A DNA stretch of 57,430 nt, counting the filler, from Sphacelaria rigidula (Eukaryota): assembly GCA_964200075.2 (NCBI GenBank). It is 6 parts of 6 records of this genome, joined end to end, with 100 filler letters (N's around TTAATTAATTAA, not from the genome) between each part and the next. Parts side by side here need not be neighbours in the genome. Positions count along the whole stretch, not along the records: positions 1 to 9,489 come from CAXNAA020008369.1; positions 9,590 to 19,078 come from CAXNAA020008370.1; 4 more parts are not named here. One strand, given 5' to 3'. The notes under the pieces are model-generated. The model worked only from the letters and a program-made list of their open reading frames with translations. It was not told where the DNA came from and made no database searches. Made by a program: the position numbers and the translations under genes. Below are positions 1 through 11,131 of this stretch, in pieces (position 1 is the stretch's first letter; each line of letters opens with the position of its first letter).

Positions 1-459
1 GAACAATCCGGAGCAAAAACGGTCAAAATGGCGTGTTTGGCTGTTTTCGCGTCTCTGGCCATTTTTCGTACTTTTCCTAGGCATAAAACGAGAAGATATA
101 CGTTTTCTAGGCCATTGCCCTTGTTTTTTTGTGGCGAAGTATCTGGAGGTCAGGGATCCACACCACACTGGGCACCCAAACCTTCATTCAGATCGTGGTG
201 TTTTTCTTCGCACCGCCGAAATGTGTTGACGTCGACCTCTGCAATCGATGGGACAACTTGACGCGCCCCCCCGGTTCCCTGGGTATGCGTGTCAGACCAC
301 CGTAGCTGAAGCTAAACCATGAAGTGTGATTGCGTGCTGCGGGCTGACGCATCAATTTCCGCCGTATCAAATATTACTTCCTGCATTGAAGAAACACGCG
401 CAAGCTTTTCACGGGTTAAGGCGCCAACTTGAAGCAGTAGTACAAAGGGTCCCTCCAGC

Positions 460-2639
460 GACGTAAGGCAGCTGTCGGAGCGGGCAGCCGACGCCAGAAG
501 TCGAATGTGGGTAGTGAGAGCAGGAGGCGCGGACGATCTAGGCGGAGCTGCGGTCGCGGTTTGTGTCGCATCAACGTCCCCCTCGCTGACGTCGCATGCT
601 ACAGCTACTACAGCTACTCGTGCTGTAGCCGCACACATGAGCCAGTCGCGGTCTTGTAGTGCGTGTCACCGACCGAGTCCTGACGGGAGCATGGCGTGGC
701 CTTGGTGCGACACACGATGAGGTCGTATGCAAATGGCGTTGTTTACTGCTCGTCAGCGCTTCCGAGGAACTACCGACGCAGTTCGGACTGTCCACACAGA
801 CAGAAGGGTTTCGTTTTTGCGCCTCGTTGGACAAAACAGGCGCACCAGGGCGGGGGGGGGATGCGCGATGGCGTCGAGCTGCAACCGCGAGGGGTTCAGA
901 TGTCGTTGGCAGGGCGCTGACGGGGGCGACCGTGGTCACATCTGGTGGGGGTGACAGGCATGAACAAGCGGGGTGGGGGGGGGGGCGGCTGCGGCAGGTG
1001 TGGGTATTGTCGCCCGCGGGAGAGCCTCGGTGGCAGCCTCACAATCGTATCTCGCGCCGGTGAGAGGCAATGACCGGGGAGGAACAGCGACGGCGGCACC
1101 AGACCCATGCCCGCCTAGTGTGGCGCCTCCCCAGGCAACTCGTCGTGACTCGCATCCTCCATTTCTTGTAGTGGCGTCAAGGTAGTGAGCCTAATCGAAG
1201 TGTCCACAGTGCACCTAGTCCAGGTTTGGGTAAAAGAGAACCGCTCGCAGTTTGCTTCGATATCCGCTCCAGGAGGATATTCGGAAATTATTTGAACAAA
1301 TAGCTGATGACTTCCATCGATACTGATCAGTGGATTATCATTTTGCTGTGCAGTCCTCTGAATTTATGGCGCCGAAGGGCTGACGCGGTGCTAGTCACTG
1401 TCAAACGTATCGTAAACGGTGGTCGCAGGGTTGAGAGCGAGAGTGTTTGGCCGTGCGGGGTGCAGTAACCTTGACTCACGTAATCTCTGATGGTGGCACT
1501 GTACGGTCTGACCTCCCCGTCAACTGGATGCGGTTTCCCACCACATATATCCGGTATGTCTTTTCTCTGGATGTGGGTTTTGTTCTGAACGCCCTGCAAA
1601 TGTCGCATCTGTTCACGAGCCGATTACGGCGGTCATCAAAGGTTATGTCCTGACGGAGAATATCAACGGAGGCGTCAGAGTACGGGCCACGATTAGTTTC
1701 TCATGTACCCGGGAGTCATTTGTTGCCATCCCCCCACAGGGCTTGGAGTCACACGTCAACAAGACCCGCTTGTGCATTACTGTGGTACGTCGGCACATGC
1801 CTTCCCGCTGCTGCATAGACTCGGACGCTTGCGAGAAGCACGTTGGTGGGTCTGACGGTGTATTCGGATAGAGGTGGTGGTGGTGGTGGTGGTGGTGAGG
1901 TCGTCCCCGGATCCCCCCGGTGAACTTCAATGACCACAGGAGACGTGTTGAACCGGAGAAGAACACCCATCACTGAGCGGCAAAGAAAACTAAGGGATTT
2001 CTGAAACTGAAACACAACTGCATTTCGTGCTCATTTATCACGCCACGTCGTTAAAGAAAGAACCTGCAAAAACTGGGGTACTCAAGCAAGCCGGCGAGGG
2101 CAGAACTCAGGAATTAGAGGTGCCGACGGCGCAGGCGTTGAAGGAACTGCACGCTGAGCTACGGTCCCAAGGGCCACTCTCTTTTGTCCCCCCCCCCCGT
2201 TTGCCTGCGATCGGTGCGACGCCCGCTGCCCACTCCGCTGGCGGAAGTAGCGGTGTGAGTGGAAATAACACTCGGGCCAATTCCAGCTTCGAAGGGGCGG
2301 ATCCACGGTGGGGGCCGTGGAAGGGGTAGGCCCACGGCGCTTCCTGGAAGGAGCGAGATGATTGTAACGAGCAACGCGTCGGGGGCAGCTGTTCCTAAAC
2401 TTCATGTTGAGTTTGCGGTACGTCATGTCGGGGAGACGTGTGGACGTGAGGGCAGAGTAGTGGTGACAGGGAGATCAGATTCCGCAATGAATCTGGACAG
2501 CCGCAATTGCTGCTACGATGAGGCAGACCGCGGGCCGGGCCCATCATTGGCAGATGAGGTTCTCCTCCGTGACCTGCTTTGGAGACTGGAGCGGGTCGGA
2601 GAGAGAAGATTAGGCATCGGAAATAGAAAGCGAGCATGA
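460..2639 (+). pseudogene. Putative frameshifted 3' portion of an unidentified multi-exon gene
   Basis: Protein-like segments bounded by plausible splice signals, e.g. about 1642-1783 YVLTENINGGVRVRATISFSC...RLCITV followed by GTACGT, about 2060-2190 QELEVPTAQALKELHAELRSQ, and 2360-2639 PKLHVEFAVRHVGE...RKRA*. Frames switch between segments and no family is recognised. Confidence 0.3.
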
Positions 2640-2688
2640 CGGTGATTTCGCATGGTTATTGAACCTATTCGAAAATGTTGAGGTATTC

Positions 2689-3119
2689 CAAGGGCAGGTC
2701 GAATAGAGTATACTCAATACTCGGTAATTCGAAGAGACATACTTTGAGTACTCAAATTTTGAGTAGATTATTTGAGGCCGTACTCCATCAACTCAAAATG
2801 TTGGGTAGAGTATTTGAGGCCGTATTCAACGTACTCGAAATTGTAGTAGAGTATTCGAGGCCGTACTTGACCTACTAAAACTTTGAGTAAAGTGTTAAGG
2901 TTATACCCAAGTGATAATCTATATTCAAGTGGTACTGAGAGTGCTTACTCAATATTTGAGTAGAATAGTGGAGGTCGCACTCGATGTACTCAGTATTTGG
3001 GTAGAGTATTTGAGGCCGTACTTGACCTACTCAAAATTCACTCAAAATTTGAGTAGAGTACATACTCGGGTATTTTCCTCGAGTACTCAAAAATACATAC
3101 TCTACTCGACCTGCCCTTG
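2689..3119. mobile_element. hAT-like MITE with internal degenerate ~41-bp repeats
   Basis: 23-bp TIRs CAAGGGCAGGTCGAATAGAGTAT / ATACTCTACTCGACCTGCCCTTG (1 mismatch). Flanks AGGTATTC / CAGTATTC match 6 of 8 as a TSD. GAGTATTTGAGGCCGTACT is repeated internally. Confidence 0.85.
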
Positions 3120-3299
3120 CAGTATTCTTCTCTGTAGATATTATGGGCGCACATATCCTCACTGTTCAAGGGAATCTCACGCAGGAGGCGGCCACCATCA
3201 CTAGCCATACTTTGCGTACAAACATAGTGATGCATCGCACGCCCATGATGCAGTGCCCCCTGTGTTGCACAAGTTGATGAGGAGTAGTGTGGCGACACT

Positions 3300-5120
3300 C
3301 TTGAGCAAACCGTTGGTTGTGAGTGAGACTGAAGACGAATCTTATTTGATCGAGTATGTGAAGGCAAGAAAAAAATCCAAGGCGGGCGATCCACCTTGAT
3401 TTATCAAGAATGGGCGGCACTGCTGGCGACCGGACGTCGACAGTCCATGTCATCTAGTTTTTGCTTCGCGTTTTACCAGCGAGCGAGCTGTCGGGTTACT
3501 TTGGTATGACCGATGTGCTAAACACTGGAAATAAGCTTGGAGTACGCTCTGCTATCTTGACCATCTGCGTCCAGTCGGACAGTCCACGTGATGACCGACT
3601 GTGCCACGACTTACATGTTGGTATCGCTATCACAGTATGAAGTTCTTTGATGCCGACAGCCCACGCTCGTGCCGACAACAGGAGAGGGCAGCCGCGTGTG
3701 TGCCATACCTTGCGTGGCGATCCCTGAAGCGTTCCTCACGTGCTGCCCTAGCAACAACGTCATGCACATCTCTTAAAGTTCCGTAATGATGAGCCACGTT
3801 GATTTTTGTGCGTTTGGCAACTAGAGAAAGTATCACTGAGCGCAAAAACTACCTGAACGCGGCGCGATTGCGGTCTACCAGTTTTGGGCACCATCTACCA
3901 GCTGTTACGCCGTTGCACTGTACACACGTTGCTGAACACCTCCTGCGTACTCGAAGATATCTCGATCCATACGACAGTTACTGAGATAACCGAAGCAGCC
4001 CCGTATTGCCCGGTGTCGTGCGTACTAGTTCTACAGGTTTTGATTGTAGAACACCCTCGCGGCACATGAAAAAAACGAGGTTAAACCGAGTCACCCACTT
4101 GAAATATTGTATTATCCATGAAGTCATTGGTGCAGCCCTGACTACGAACGGCTCAAGTTGAACTTTTGTGCAGAGTTGCGGCGTGTCGACTCCCGTGTAG
4201 CGCGTTTAAGTTTTGGTCACGTAGTAGACGGGCATGATGGAAGATGGAGTTCGACTTGTACAAATGAGTACGTCTGCCGGAGCTGCTCCGGAAAAATGAC
4301 CCATCGCTAGTTTCTGCGCTCTACTCGATGAAACTATGCTGGACTTCGTTGAGACCATACTTGCAAGAAGAGTATTTTGCAGCTTGTATCATGAATGTGA
4401 TGGTGTGCTCCATCATTTTGTCCCCCCCGTTGTGTGTGGGCGTTTAGGCGGTGGTGAAAAGTATGACACCAAAACAGGCGGCACACCGCTTCTTGCATGC
4501 ACGATTACCTGTACTGGTGGCGCGATCACCGATATCGTTCTGCCGTCTTAGAGCGGCAAAATGTTGCTGGTCGTCGCTAGTGCACGAATAAATATGGCGC
4601 CCATGGGTTGCAACGGCTTTCTCTATTGTACTTCCCGCCAAGACAACTATTCCAAACCCATGCATGGAACCCCGTGGGTGTAGCATCTAGGTAAGCGTTC
4701 GGTCGGTAAAGGGGTTTACCCTTCGATTCCGGACCAAGAAGCGGTACGCGTGGAGCACGGGTCGGTCTACTGCATGTCGCACCCATTCGTCTGTATTTTG
4801 AAGGCAAGGCCGATCTCTTCCTACTCGCCGACGGCAACATACCTACAACGGTACAATACGGTCCGCCAGCACTCAGTCTATGCCACCTCTGTGCTTGCTC
4901 AACCGCAATCAGGGTCGTAACATATGCAGTTTCTTGGCGTGAAAGTGGAATGGACAAGGAAAACCGCGCGGAAGCTCCCCTCACTGTACTTGCATTGTGT
5001 CGTGGTCACTGCTGTGCGGCCTGAACTGGTGAAACGTTGAACGTCTTCACGACGAAATCGTCCTGATGAGTCCGTCTCATTTAGGAACATGATGCCAGTT
5101 TCTTTTGCTCCTATGATCAT
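3300..5120 (-). mobile_element. Highly decayed Cys-rich transposon coding relic, possibly KDZ/CxC-type
   Basis: Stop- and frameshift-ridden minus-strand peptides: FLVHSTFTPRNCICYDPDCG (SWIM-like), FHHARLLRDQNLNALHGS, and DFMDNT..QYFKWVTRFNLVFFMC. The resemblance to CxC/KDZ proteins is from memory only. Confidence 0.3.
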
Positions 5121-5381
5121 TTCGCTTCTTAATCAACATGGAACGTGGACATGGAAAGTTCCCCCCGCTCCCCCACCTGTTCACCCAACAGGCTGCCTGC
5201 GACAAATATTGTTGCGAGAGAAGACCTCGCAGTCACAGGGCTGGCTATAGAGTGGGCTGGGCGGGAAAGCGGTGCAGTTGTTCGCGTCGTCATGTCATTC
5301 CTGGTACCGCTTCCGCTTTCGCTACCGCTGTTTCTGGGATCCACACACTCGATGTTGCCCTCCAACATACAACCCACACAG

Positions 5382-5682
5382 GTTAAATCGGAATACATGC
5401 CAAGACATGTCTTCATCGGCCTCTTCACCTATTTTGCGGCGGTGTTCACGTGTCACGGGGATCCAGCTCAAAAACAGCATGCTGGGTTGCGGCGTGGACT
5501 ACACTCTGACGGAAACCGACGTTAACCCCGCGGCGCACTACGGGGCCCTGCATGCCGGCTGCAGGCTAAGCAACGGTATCGGCATCCTGATCATTACCAC
5601 ATGCCTGTGCGCAACCTACGCCGTCATGGACACTTCGCAAGGCGGGGTGAATCATTCGTGCACTTCGCGGCCCCTTACTTAA
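5382..5682 (+). pseudogene. Cytochrome b561 family C-terminal exon, frameshifted
   Basis: CAG acceptor, then VKSEYMPRHVFIGLFTYFAAVFT (haem-ligand His in a typical PxHVFxGL context). After a frameshift near 5451 it continues VTGIQLKN...GCRLSNGIGILIITTCLCATYAV (last TM helix). No upstream b561 exons were recognised in the contig. Confidence 0.75.
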
Positions 5683-5899
5683 CTTGATGGAAGGGGCGAC
5701 AAGTGAAAATATCAACAGAAGCTTCCACTTTGTGGTACCAACAGGGTCTCCAGTTTTTTGTACGAACGGGACGTTATCGTGAAAGAACGATAATGCGAGT
5801 AATAGTTATACTGTTTTGTGTCATTGTTCGTTGGTTTGCTTGCTGATTTTGTTTTGTGAGTTCAGTATAATGCGGCCGTTCTGAATCGCACGGGCTTCA

Positions 5900-8100
5900 G
5901 AGTTTGTGCCTCAAGTTTTTACAACAGTTTAACAATTGGCCATTCGGTGGGTGATTCCCGAATGTGCAGACAGCCTTCAGGACCCAAGACACTGTGGTCT
6001 ATGTTTGAACATATTGCTTGAGCATAGGTGTGTACCACCGCGTCTGTGAGCAGTGTGGATCGTCAGGCGAGACGGTGATTTTCTTTCTTGTTACTTGGGC
6101 AAGAACTGATCGTAGTCGGGTGGTGGACTGTTCATTCACTAGGCACCGGATATTAAGCAGGTTGAAGAATGATTCCCAGGGGCTTGACAGTGGTTCTTGT
6201 TATGTTGAACTCTTCCTACCGACAAGATCATGTTGCCCAGGGTCCCGGAGTTGGCTGAACAGATACGAGAGTTTTCGATCTCTCGCACAGTTCACAGTTG
6301 GATCCGCTCCTGTAACGACGTTGCCCGGTTTATCCATCATTGGAGGAATCTCCAGCACATGCAATATAGTGACCTCCACACTTGCTTTATTTGATGCAGA
6401 CTCAACAGTTGGTACTGCGTGAGATTGCTTGTGGCCAAAACTTAACAGTTGAGGGTGCTCGAGTTTCATGTGTCTCAAACTCAGCAGGCAGTTATTTCTG
6501 TACTTGCTCATATCAAGCACGTGAGCATGGGGAATGATATGGATAACCTGACCGGGAGACATCGTTTACCTCAGAGGGGATAAAATTGTATGAAACCACA
6601 TTCAGCTGGATTCTATTTATGGCAAGTTGAGAAAGCATCGGCAGATACAGGATATGATGAGTTAGTTCGCGTTGGGCGTTGTGAAAGGATTGATGTATCA
6701 TGTTTTTTCGGTGGATGGTTTTTCATGCTTTCCTCCCGGAAGAGAGGGGTAGCAGAACATTTACGAAGGCCAGGTCGGATCGTTGGATGATCTTGTGTTC
6801 GCGCGCAGTGATGGGAAGGGTTGCAGACAAGGTTGACCGCGTCGTTCGTTTCTGTTCTCAGGTTTTCAACTGAAACATACGCAGCCGGCCTCGTTGATAG
6901 GAGAAATTCCGTTGATGGTTGATGAGATATGCGCCGAGCAAACGATCATCAAATTCGCTGCAGGGGTACTCTCACCTCGCCCAACAGAAGGACGGGGCAG
7001 CTGGGGACGAATCGAGTCGCCCAGTCGAATGCCAAAACATACGAGAGGGTGGGTGCGACGCGCACATTGTTTCACAAAAGTTACGAAATAAGACGGTAGG
7101 GTTGCGGGGTTGCGGAAACTGACGGAAACCCAAGGATTGCGGCTGTGGGGTGGGCACGAGACTAGGAAAGTGGGCGGTGGCGAGGAGCCGCCGAAATTGA
7201 GGGATACCCGGGCTGAGTTGAGCTGAGCTGAGTGGGGTTTCCGACTCGACGTCAAGCGCGACAGCGCATTCGGTGAGGATTCATCTGTTGTTGTGGTGTT
7301 GACAGGTAGGTCAGGAGATATCTTTTCTCGTCACGGGAGACTAGCTGACGACTTTAGTTTGAGCGGTAAGACGTTTGTTCGAGCTTGGGTGGTTCCCTGT
7401 GCTCATGTGCCGTTGCTGAAACCATATTTTTTTTCAACTATTTACAGAAGTCGAGTACACGATCGTGTTACGAATACCGTACTGATCGCGACGGCTATCC
7501 CGTTGGCTTCGGTCGGATCTTGAAAGTATGGGGTAGGTTGTTTTAGGGATGGTCACATCCTCGCCCCGTCTTGTACATTGCAATAACCCCGCATGTTACA
7601 TGAGCGCGTTCGTTTTTCTGAAATTTCACGGCAGGATAAAGTGGTTGTCCTATCTTTCACTTGGCCCGCCAAGTAAGGAGACAGTGCACACGTCTAACTG
7701 TCGAGTCCACCTGATGTTGTTCCGTGCGAGATTTTTCGAAATGATGAAATGCAACCCCTGGTTCCGCCTTTCGGGAGTATCGCCGCTTCATGCAGAACGA
7801 GTAGAAATTTTCCTCAATAGTCTGCCAGTTGAAGTTGGTCCATCGAGGACGTCCCAAAACACTTCCCGTTTGAACGAGAAGGTGTGCTTGATGATTCAGC
7901 TTGGACTCCTTGAGCCTTCGCTTGTCCAGCGCGAAAGACAGACGGAGTTTCATAGGATAGATTCAAGTGTATATGGTGTCGGGTGTGCGGTAGATGATGG
8001 TAGCACTTCCCGGGTGAAGTACCGGGTCGAGATTTGCGAGTAACAGCAGGGCGACGGGCGTGTTGTAGGTACCGGGCCGCCGCGAGCAAGTCGACCTTTC
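5900..8100 (-). mobile_element. Decayed coding-like TE relic (possibly LTR retrotransposon gag-protease region)
   Basis: Intronless, interrupted ORFs with weak motif echoes only (VEVTILHVLEIP and a degenerate zinc-knuckle-like stretch near 7000-7045). No diagnostic motif is intact. Confidence 0.2.
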
Positions 8101-8349
8101 GTTTCCCTGAGCTGGTTGGTGTCGACGCAATTTTAGGCCGGTGACGGTATAGTTTTTACTTCAAATATACTTTGTATATGCTATTTTTGTTGGTTGTCTC
8201 GAATACTGCAGTACATATAAACGCATCCGTGTGTCGTTCGAGCTTTGATTTTTGCATTGGTGTCTCCGTTGTTTCGCTCAGTGAAACGAGGTAGGTGCAC
8301 ATTCTCAACGGCTGAGGGTAGTTGCTGTGTTTTACGCACTATTTAACGG

Positions 8350-9010
8350 GAGGGTTGCCGACGTGCGCCACAACACAATACATTTTGTCTGTTCTGAATG
8401 AAAACGTATTCGGCAAAAGTTTGGGAAAGTTGTTCCAAAATGACAGTCTTGCCAACGTTTGAGGGAGGTTGCCTCGAACTGGCGGAATGATGTACCTGCC
8501 ACTGTTTGAGGGGGTTGTTTCAAACTTGCTGAATATCTGCCAACGTTCGGAGGGTTGATCATGGCGTGCAGAATACCTTTTAACCTGTGGGAAAGTTGTT
8601 CTAGACATACAAATATATCCGCCAATGTATGAGGATGTTGTTCTAGGCTTGCAAAATACCTGCCAATGTCTGGAAAAATTGTTTCGGACTTGCAGAGGAC
8701 TTGCAAACGTTTGGAAAAATAGTCCAAACTTTGTCCGTTGCTTGCTAACGTTTGGTAGCTGTTCTTCAACGTGCGGAATGTCTCCCAACGTTAGGGAAAG
8801 TTTTTCTTATCCGCCGAGATACCCGCCGAAGTTGAGGAAAGTTGTTCCAAACTTGTAGGATATGGGAAAAATTGTTGTGAACGGACAGGATACTTACTGA
8901 CCTTTGGGAACGTTGCTTCAACGTGCAGGATGCTATACTGTCTATCCCCCAGGAAGTTTTGCTTGATCAACTTGCCGGATGCCTCCTGACGTTCGTTCGG
9001 GAGGTTTGCT
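8350..9010. repeat. Degenerate tandem repeat array (~40-60 bp units)
   Basis: Recurrent TGCCAACGTTTG / GAAAGTTGTTCCAAACTTGCAGAATA motifs. The apparent 145-149 aa ORFs here are repeat translations. Confidence 0.85.
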
Positions 9011-9489
9011 CTAAGGGCCGTCATTTTAACGGGGTTCACTTTTCATGCTGTTTTTTTAGTCGGAACCCGTATTTTTTCATTTTTTGCACGCACCACCCTG
9101 CGTGCATGAACGGTCGAAAAAAATTACTCGGCCCCAAAAGGTCGTATTTCGCCCCTGGAAAAAAACGAAGAAACATTTTCGTTAATCGTCCTCGCCATCA
9201 CTGTGGATTAGTGCTAGATAGTCCCAGGCCTTCGTCAAGGTCCCCTGCCATATCTTACCACCCTTTCTAACGTCCCTGCCTTCTGCCGCGCCTTTACTGG
9301 TTAGACACCCATGAGACAGTGTAAAAGCCATGGCTGTCTCTGGAAGTGGCGATACCACAGAATAAAACAACTCATTGTAGGCTGTCATCCAAATGCAAAA
9401 ATATCAGTAGGATTCGGGCCGAACACTCTTAGGAGGATGCAGCTCACCCTTCATGCGCCTCGCTGAGCACACCACGGCGCTTCGCGCTT

Positions 9490-9589
9490 NNNNNNNNNNN
9501 NNNNNNNNNNNNNNNNNNNNNNNNNNNNNNNNNTTAATTAATTAANNNNNNNNNNNNNNNNNNNNNNNNNNNNNNNNNNNNNNNNNNNN
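9490..9589. other. Artificial contig spacer (N44-TTAATTAATTAA-N44)
   Basis: Identical 100-nt construct with a six-frame stop linker, recurring every 9588-9589 nt. Confidence 0.98.
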
Positions 9590-9652
<63 letters not shown>

Positions 9653-9661
9653 CGTCGTCGT
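9590..9661. repeat. Compound microsatellite (GTA)n(GCA)n(GTC)n
   Basis: Directly visible at the contig start. Confidence 0.95.
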
Positions 9662-10029
9662 TGTATTCGTAATCGACCAAGTACACTGCGTACGAGTAGT
9701 CGGTGGGTATGATACTGTCAGTGGAAAACATATCCGGAAGAGTGCTGGTCCAAGAACCGGTCTCGGATGCTAATGCACTACAGGTTTGAGGACATCTGCT
9801 GTCTTACCACGCGGGTACACACTTGCTGCGTGTTACACTCTTCATTGTTTTAACCATAATTAGCACAAGGCAGCAACTAGGCGTTCGGCGGCGAGCCATA
9901 GCAGTGGTCAGTACACGGGGCGTGTTAGGCTATGATTCACAATTTTCTTCCTCACACCAACCTATGCTGGCATCAATATCGAAGTGACTGGACAGCTTCG
10001 GACAAAGTGTGTTCCTCCAAGTTAGTTGA

Positions 10030-11100
10030 GGGTTGAAGAAGAAAGAGAACTATCGAATTCCCGAAAGGATCAGGTCCGCTGACTATTTTCTGTCACTAAA
10101 ACAAAAAATGAAGAACAAACAATGAGGAATGAAGGGTCAAACTGGAGATGTAGAATGGAGAGTGGAGATTGGAGACTGGAGAATGGAGCGTCATACTAGA
10201 TCGTGAAGAATACAGAACGGAGAAAGAATAAACTGATGAAATCGGATAGGAGACCAAAGAATGAGGAAGGAGCGATTTTACGGTATAGCAGGGGGTACAC
10301 CAATTGTTTCTGAGGTTAGAATGGTTGGGAGCCTTCAATCTCACCCGAAACACGATTCATGAAATATGTAAGAGTACGCCAGGATTACCTTTCCAATGTG
10401 CTAAGGATATTTCGAATGAAGTTGCGAACATATTCTTATGCATCTAGAATCGTTGGGAGCGCCTGAACCAGATAAGAATTTGCGCACGAAGTGCACCCCT
10501 ACCGTAGCATTGCTCGAAAAAGAAAAAGGACATTGAATATTGAAGAATGGCAGAGAATAACAAGGGTGCAGGAATGAGGAGTGGGGGACCAGGAATGAAG
10601 CGACGAGAATGAGGAATAACCTACGAAGGATCAGGAATTAAGAGTGAAGGGTGAAGAATAAGATAAATAAAAAAAGAAGCAAATAAACTGAGAGTGGAGG
10701 ATAAAGAATGCACGATCAACAACAAAGGAAAACGAATGAAAAATGGAGGATGAGAACAAATGAGTTGGGAGTGCAGAATGAACACGGAATAATGGATTGG
10801 GAAGAGAGAACGCGGAGGGAGTAGTGATGAATGAACAATGAGAAATGAACAGTGGATGATAAAAAGTGAAGAGTGGGAATTGGAGGAACTTGAAGAAAAC
10901 GCAGAGGACTAAGGATGAAAAGTGAAATATCGAGCATGAAGAACACATGAAGAATGAAGAATGAAGAAAACATGGAAGATCGAAAACGAGTAACGAAAAA
11001 TGAGGATGAAGATGAAAAGTGGAAAATGAAGAGGCCAAATAATCCAGTTTGAATAAAAAAAAGAAGACTGAGGGGTGAAGATAGTCGACAGAAGAGTTAA
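10030..11100. repeat. Purine-rich degenerate GAATGAA-type satellite (continues at 13740-13940, 14366-14877, 15141-15280)
   Basis: Strongly A/G-skewed GAAT/GAAG units. It is the host sequence into which several TEs below inserted. Confidence 0.85.
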
Positions 11101-11131
11101 GCGAAGCACAAAAACGGTTTTTGTGATCATA

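Noticed and set aside
8332..8858. Overlapping 145-149 aa ORFs with repeat-like (LRR-like) periodicity
   Set aside because: They are translations of a degenerate DNA tandem repeat that is open in several frames on both strands.
9534..9545. TTAATTAATTAA palindrome repeated five times at regular spacing
   Set aside because: Synthetic six-frame stop linker, not biology.
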